Source: Haliotis cracherodii | Lineage: Eukaryota | Direction of reading: 5' to 3' | Assembly: GCF_022045235.1 (NCBI RefSeq) | Contig: NW_027266341.1 | Coordinates: 38,829,517-38,876,000 of the forward strand | Length of the DNA: 46,484 nucleotides | Shown: positions 40,645-46,484 of the stretch, one piece after another | Position numbering within the stretch: the stretch's first letter is position 1 | How the letters are laid out: each line of letters begins with the position of its first letter | Made by a program: the position numbers and the translations under genes | Notes under the pieces: model-generated | Told to the model about the DNA's origin: nothing | Databases searched by the model: none | What the model saw: only the letters and a program-made list of their open reading frames with translations

Positions 40645-41502
40645 TCAGTCGCGGTGAAAGATCTTCTCGGGCACGAAGGGTACGCCGCCATGCTTTCCGG
40701 TGACCTTGACCCCGATGGGATGGACAAGCGGGTACTTCCTGCCACAAGGTTCCCCTCTTGTGAACCTCTTGTGAGTGGCACCATGCCTGATGGTCAGGAG
40801 ATCGCAATCTCTTGTCGTCAAGGTCGTATGACGGCCCGCAGCTGACAGAAGGAGGGACATATAAACATTATTTTGGAAAGACATATTAATTATTATTACA
40901 ACACCGATGGGTTTTGAGTTTACTATAAGTGAAATGCATTATATTCTGCTTCTCCGTCGTCCAAAGATCCGTGGCGACTTGAGAGTAACGATCTGGTTGT
41001 CAGGTCCTCTCTGTTCGCAGATAAACACTCGGGACCTGCCAACATACACGACGACCGTGTTTCCTATCAGTATGTTAAGGGGGATTATGTCTCCTAGGTA
41101 TATATGTACAATGTTTTTCTTCCTGAGCTGTACAATTGTTGCACTGTTATTAGATTTAGTTAGCAATAATCTTTTCGAGCAATTCATATCTTTCTCTTGA
41201 ATATAAGAAAACGTAATTTTCTTGTGGTCAATTTTCACAACGCGCGTGGACTAGAGGGTGATCAGAGGACACTCAATACAGCTGTCTAGCGTTTGGTCAG
41301 ATTGTTAGCACTGCTTGACATCTACCAACTTTTCTTTTCAACTTTTCTTTGAAACTGGCCGTGAAACACCTGTATTAAGGTGATTCAATTCTGAGAATTG
41401 AACTTTAATTGTGTTTTCTTTTGAAAGTCCGAAGGTACGACGTCACATGGCCCCGCCGAGTGTGAACAGATCCCAGCGTCGAAAGTCACCTCTTACCTCC
41501 AT
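40645..41502 (-). pseudogene. Paralog D: disrupted or truncated copy with both RHIM-like cores altered
   Basis: MEVRGDFRRWDLFTLG then a stop; RVVKIDHKK and IVQLRKKN replace VQIGH and VQLGN; exon 2 ends at RRRSRI*; exon-3 frame (40841-40645) is intact. Confidence 0.7.
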
Positions 41503-41594
41503 TATGAAGCGTAGGAACAAGATCAATATCTGATAGAAACAGCTTCAACTACACACCCCTTCCAGAAAGAAAACTACGCAATAGTGCGATGGTA

Positions 41595-41650
41595 GCTCTT
41601 ATATACTGTCCTGTTCCCATTACCAAAACGATAACCAACCAATCGGCTAC
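41595..41650 (-). promoter_or_regulatory. Paralog D promoter: TATA (41599-41605) and CCAAT (41639-41643)
   Basis: Same motifs as C. Confidence 0.7.
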
Positions 41651-42799
41651 GTGCATTCAGAAGTGTACATCTTTACCAGGTGAGCGTGCATAATATCACG
41701 TGCCAGAATGTCCCGATTTGGGGCTTCGCGTAATGTCATTCAATCTAAAATATTTATTCAATCGGCAGTACTTTAGTGAAATTAACTAAATAAATGTATA
41801 TCGATGTAGATTAAATGGACGAACAGATGTTGATCAAACACTGGAGGGGGTGGACACGGTATACTTAACCGGAGTCATTATTTTTTATGTAGAATGATTA
41901 GTGGTTTCTGATCTTGTGGGTGCCACTTTGAGTGATATTCATGACATATGGAATATGAATAAACAGCCTTCAAGGTGAATGTCTGTTTTATTCATTGCAA
42001 CATTAATTGTATCGTTTAGTGACAGGGTTTCGAATCACCGACCTTCCGCTCTCCTGACATACGCTCTAACCACTAGACCACTGAGGCCGTCAGCTATATG
42101 AGGTACACGTGTATTTAGAGGGGAAACATAGAAACACAACTGACCCAGTTGTCGTAACTGTTAGTACCTGCTAGTCCTGGGTTCAAATCCTAGATTCGCA
42201 TGGATTATGACCCTTGGTTAGTTGTCATCACTATACTTGTTATCATGGGTTTCACAAACAGAGGTAGACATCTCCGATGTGCGTCATAAAGGCAGCTCAC
42301 AGATAAAGCTGACATGCTTTCATTTTTTTGAAATTCTGTTTTGTGGCTTCAGATTCAAAATGACTGAACCCACGTGACAGAATACAGACTGTGCTATGCC
42401 TGACTTCCGTCATCCGTTGTAATCTGTAATTACGTTTCTCAATATTATCACATGTGTGAATTCACAATTTCTTCAAATGACACAATAAACACAAAATCGT
42501 TATCTCAACTGTTTTATTGTTATATGTACAAAGGTATAAGGGAAAACAAAGTTAACATCCTGTTTTGCAAAATAATACTTCGTTGTTCGTTGACAAAAAA
42601 AAAGGCTCTAAAGGGAGTATGGAAGCTATATACGTGTAGAGCCATCTACAGAACTCCTCTTCGAGGATACAGAAACATTTTCCGTTGATAAATAATGTGA
42701 ATAATCACCACCATCTTAGCAACAGAAAATAACCGTAATGCACACGCATTGATTTAGCCGATGCGGCATACACTTGTATTCCATACAGGAATAGGTAAA

Positions 42800-43340
42800 C
42801 CCACCCTTCCTAGCCCAAAAGAGCGCAACATCCTTACTGCCACCCACTCTCACACACTCTTTCTCCTTTCCCAAGCCCAGCATGCGCAGATTTGATGCCA
42901 GGAATCCGTGAACAGTTTTTTTTTTATTGAAATACGCGCAGGATACTAAGATTTTGTCTAATATTTTAAACATAGAATCTAGAGTGAATTCCACCCTTCA
43001 GAAAGACATATTAACGAGATTCATGTTCAACTGAGAGATCTACCTGAAGATGTCCAAGCAAAAAGGTAGAACTTGTAAATGTGTTTTACAAATAAGATAT
43101 TTCTCTGTTGAACATCAATCTCGTTAATATCTTTTTCTGGTGGTTCGAATTCAATCTGAATTTATGTTTAAAATATTACTTGCAAAATCATAGTTTCCTG
43201 CACGTATTTCAATTTTATAAACCTGTTCACGCATTCCTGACATCAAATCTGCGCATGCTGCGCTTGGGCAAGGAGAAAGAGTGTGTGAGAGTCGGTGGCA
43301 GTGAAGATGGTGCGCTCTTTGGGGTTTGGAGGTGGTTCTG
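42800..43340. repeat. Inverted repeat, arms about 115 bp (42800-42915 and 43222-43340)
   Basis: Opposite-strand ORFs share FL(A/T)SNLRML(G/R)LGKEKECVRVGGS. Confidence 0.88.
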
Positions 43341-43417
43341 TTACGTATATATATATACAACAAATATATATAATATACAACCCCGCATGATTTTACATGC
43401 AACAGTTCAATGATTGA

Positions 43418-44601
43418 TTAATCCTTCATAAACATGATCAGGGTCAGGATCATCATAACCCAAAGCCTAATCTTAAGATCAATGTCCTCGTATTTGAAGT
43501 GTGGCCTCAAGCTGCGCTTCACAGAGTTGGTTGGACGTGTGACCTTGGACTCCATACAAACTGTCCGTGTATGTTGTATGCCTGTCCTCCTTGACCTTGA
43601 CCGATGCTTCTTCCTTCCGGTTCGGACTCGTCTTGGCATTACTGAAATAATAATCAAAAAGGAACATGAGGTTATTTAAATCACCTGGTTTCATTTGTCT
43701 TTGAACTGAAATGGAATACTGAATAATTGGAATGGGATCATGTTGAAACCACCACGGGCATTTTCCATCAGGAGATGGTGACAATAAAAGCAGTCAGTTC
43801 ATTTTTAGTAAGAAATTAACACATTCAATTTCTTTTCCCAGCAAAATATACCCTTTAGATATATGTATTTGTTAATTATGAAAAAGAGAGAGAATATCCA
43901 TGCTGTCTGAAATATATTGGTCTAGATAAGGTGTTCCCTTCCACTGATTGTTTTCATCTATATCACCTAATATCTTGATTGAAAACATTTTCAGTGACCA
44001 TAATACGCACACTCTTACCATATATATGATTATACCAAATAATCTGATACCAGAGACAGTACTCATAATGAACTCCTCCACTATTAACTCTCCTCCACCT
44101 CCCTCCACCATCGTCATATTCTCCCTGCCTTCCTTCAACGGAGCCATCTCCGTCTCTTCTCCTTCCTTCACTGACGCCAGTGCCTCCTCCATCTCTCCCT
44201 CCAGTGGAATATTGATCTCTCCTCCATCTTCCTCGCCCACCAACATATTCTCCCTGCTTTCCTTCAACCGAGTCATCTCCGTCTCTTCTCCTTCCTCCGA
44301 CGACGTCAATGCCTCCTCCATCTCTTCCTCCAGAGGAATATTGATCTCTCCTCCACCTTCCTCCACCATCGTCATATTCACACTCTTCTTCTGACAAAGC
44401 ATGATCACTTTTTCTTCTCCAAGCTCCACCAACACCCCCAGGTTGACCTCATTCCATCTCTTTATCAGAGATGTCTTCAGTGTTACCGCAGTTAGCGCTA
44501 GGCTCTACTGGATTGCTAGAATCTCTTCGAGGTCTGACATTCATTCTTTCCCCACTCGTGTTCTCGTCTCTTCTGTTACGTAAGTTCGTTTGAATTTCCA
44601 T
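43418..44601 (-). pseudogene. Paralog E: divergent Gly/Arg/Asp-repeat protein, 268 codons with one internal TGA (exons 44601-44019, 43641-43418)
   Basis: Acceptor tttcag|acaATG; donor TATG|GTAAGA in phase 1; exon 3 in frame; TGA at 44449-44451; 43-aa repeat x2.3; hydrophobic C-terminus. Confidence 0.6.
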
Positions 44602-45604
44602 TGTCTGAAACCATAAGATGGCATTGCGAAACTTATTATTGGCATAATCTGTAATCTGATGCTACCGCGTTTCCTTTCTCTCAAATTTTGCATACCTGAA
44701 GGATATCTTCATTCTTAGAACCTAAAAAGTCGTTTCAGCTCTTTAAACAACAACATGGGCGCATAACCACCTAACACTAACAACTAAATAGCAAACAAGT
44801 GGGTTAGTGAATGAGTAAATTGCCAGTCAGCACTACTACCCAGGACGCATTTTACCGAGGCAAGAGCGTGCACTAGCCTTATCATTTAAGTCTTTTTTCC
44901 ATCCTTGCAATACCAAGCCGACTTTTCTGTGCTAAATATGACTGGACTATTGCACATGTCGATAGTCTAGTCAGAGAACATTAACAAAATCAACATACAC
45001 GACAGGTACACCTTCGTATGAAACTGAAAGTATTGTCGTCGCCTATGGTAGTCACCATCTTTGTGAAGCCATACGAGATAAGAAAAGTGATCTGATTGGA
45101 TATCGCGTTTTCAATACAAGGGGCACAACTCATGATCTACACAAGGTGGCACCAGGGTCGAGCCATGGAAAGTGGCCTTGATGTGGCAAGGGTAAAAACT
45201 AGACATTGATATAGGCTAGTGGACACGCTTGCCTCAGGAAGATGCCCCGGGCGAGGCAAACCAGTGACTACAACCATGTGGGACACAAGGATGGGCTTCA
45301 CACATTGTATCCATGTCGGTATTCGAACCCGGGTCCTGGGCGTGACGAGTGACCACTTTAACCACAAGAGTACCCAACCGCTCCGTTCAAAGTAACACCA
45401 GTGTTCAATGTCCTGTGTGACTTCAGTCTGCAGTACATATAGATGTAGTGGAGTTGGGAGAGGCCTGTCCAAAAGCGACAAACCCCTTCATATAATCCAT
45501 TCTACGCTTACAAAAATATCATAAGCATGTATTTATGTATCACAAGTTACGTGTAGTGTCTTCAAACAGGCACCACTAAGGAAAGGAACGAAAATAACGC
45601 CTAC

Positions 45605-45742
45605 CTGTCCTGGCTCCCACATTATCTGATAGATACAGCGTCGGCTGCCTTTTCAGTCCATCTAAAGGACAACGTAGTAGCGCGATGGTAGCTCTTATTT
45701 ACTGTCCGGTTTCACATAGCAAAGCAATCATTAACCAATCGG
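45605..45742 (-). promoter_or_regulatory. Paralog E promoter: TATA-like TAAATAA (45695-45701), CCAAT (45735-45739), exon 1 donor
   Basis: CAGTAAATAAGAGCT, AACCAATCGG and AGCCAGGACAG|GTAGGCG. Confidence 0.7.
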
Positions 45743-45979
45743 TTAATCGATGTTAGGACATCAAGCCTCGTGGTTGAAAGAGGTTTCGCTCTTTTCGCCA
45801 ACCCTTTCCGTCACTTTCCGTAATCGCAGGAAGACTCGGCTGTGAGTGTAGGAAGGGTTATCTCCCATTAGTTAGACAGCCAGTTGTCAGACACTGAAGT
45901 AGGGGATTAATTAAGACAGTGCCCACAACAATGGTACAGTCCTACTCAGTGAACTAATTAGGCATGTCTCAAGGTTCAT

Positions 45980-46350
45980 TGTCTAGCCTGGCTCTACTTC
46001 CCCCAAACCGAATGCAAGATGTATGCTGGATGTAATGAACTCTTCCCCTGATCGTCGTCGCATTGAAGATTTCAAAGACTACATGGTTATCAACTGGGGA
46101 GGGGGGGGGGGGGGGGGGGGGTGGTGGTTGATGATGCAAGGTTTCCGCTGCCCCTGTGGAATCACCATGAAACTGAAGGGCCAGGCACCAACAACAGTCT
46201 GGAAGGTTTTCACTGCCGGTTGAACCAGTCCCTGCCTCATCGCCATCCCAATATCCCAATATTGAAAGACCATCTACGCCTTGGTCAGAAGACTCCAGTT
46301 CAGTTTTTAGATGCTGTGGGCCAGCTCCTGAAACTTGCCCAAAGACCTTA
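45980..46350 (+). pseudogene. Mutator-like (MULE) transposase C-terminal relic
   Basis: FKDYMVINW...LWNH...TNNSLEGFHCRLN...HPNI matches the MULE RTNNxxEGWH...HPNI motif. Confidence 0.8.
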
Positions 46351-46484
46351 GTCTGACAACAGGATGAACCGAGTATGACGTTGTGTACATATCATGACTA
46401 AATTTAATATATGTGTATATACATCTGATGTAACAGCCAAATCTGAGATGAACGTTTATAAAATAAGTACATCTGACTTAACAC

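Noticed and set aside
43872-44435. Glu-rich 187-aa ORF with a VELG pseudo-RHIM
   Set aside because: It is out of frame with the exon-2 ATG, and splicing at the shared donor gives an immediate stop; the Gly/Arg/Asp frame is phase-consistent.
18425-45742. Endogenous viral origin of the RHIM-like cluster
   Set aside because: The genes have spliceosomal introns and host repeats, with no viral hallmark genes nearby; ancient capture cannot be excluded without a search.

Overview
Eukaryotic, repeat-rich, AT-rich DNA whose SINE families look like a gastropod (abalone-like) genome; this is inferred from repeat recognition, not a database match. From left to right: (1) a multi-exon minus-strand gene with low-complexity exons running into an N-gap; (2) a single-coding-exon LRR-Ig-transmembrane receptor (12036-13442, +); (3) a tandem cluster of minus-strand paralogs (about 17.9-45.8 kb) sharing a TATA promoter, a short non-coding exon 1, two coding exons joined by a phase-1 intron, and a conserved 3' block. 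Three intact copies (A, B, C) encode 202-240 aa proteins with two RHIM-like motifs (VQIG and VQLG) and no recognisable kinase, death, TIR or Z-alpha domain. Copy D has both motif cores disrupted, copy E is a divergent Gly/Arg/Asp-repeat form with one in-frame TGA, and copy B looks like an A/C recombinant. Four SINE-like families, MITEs, Tc1, MULE, Penelope and LINE ORF1 relics and several satellites are interspersed. All gene models were built by eye from splice signals and phase compatibility and need transcript evidence.
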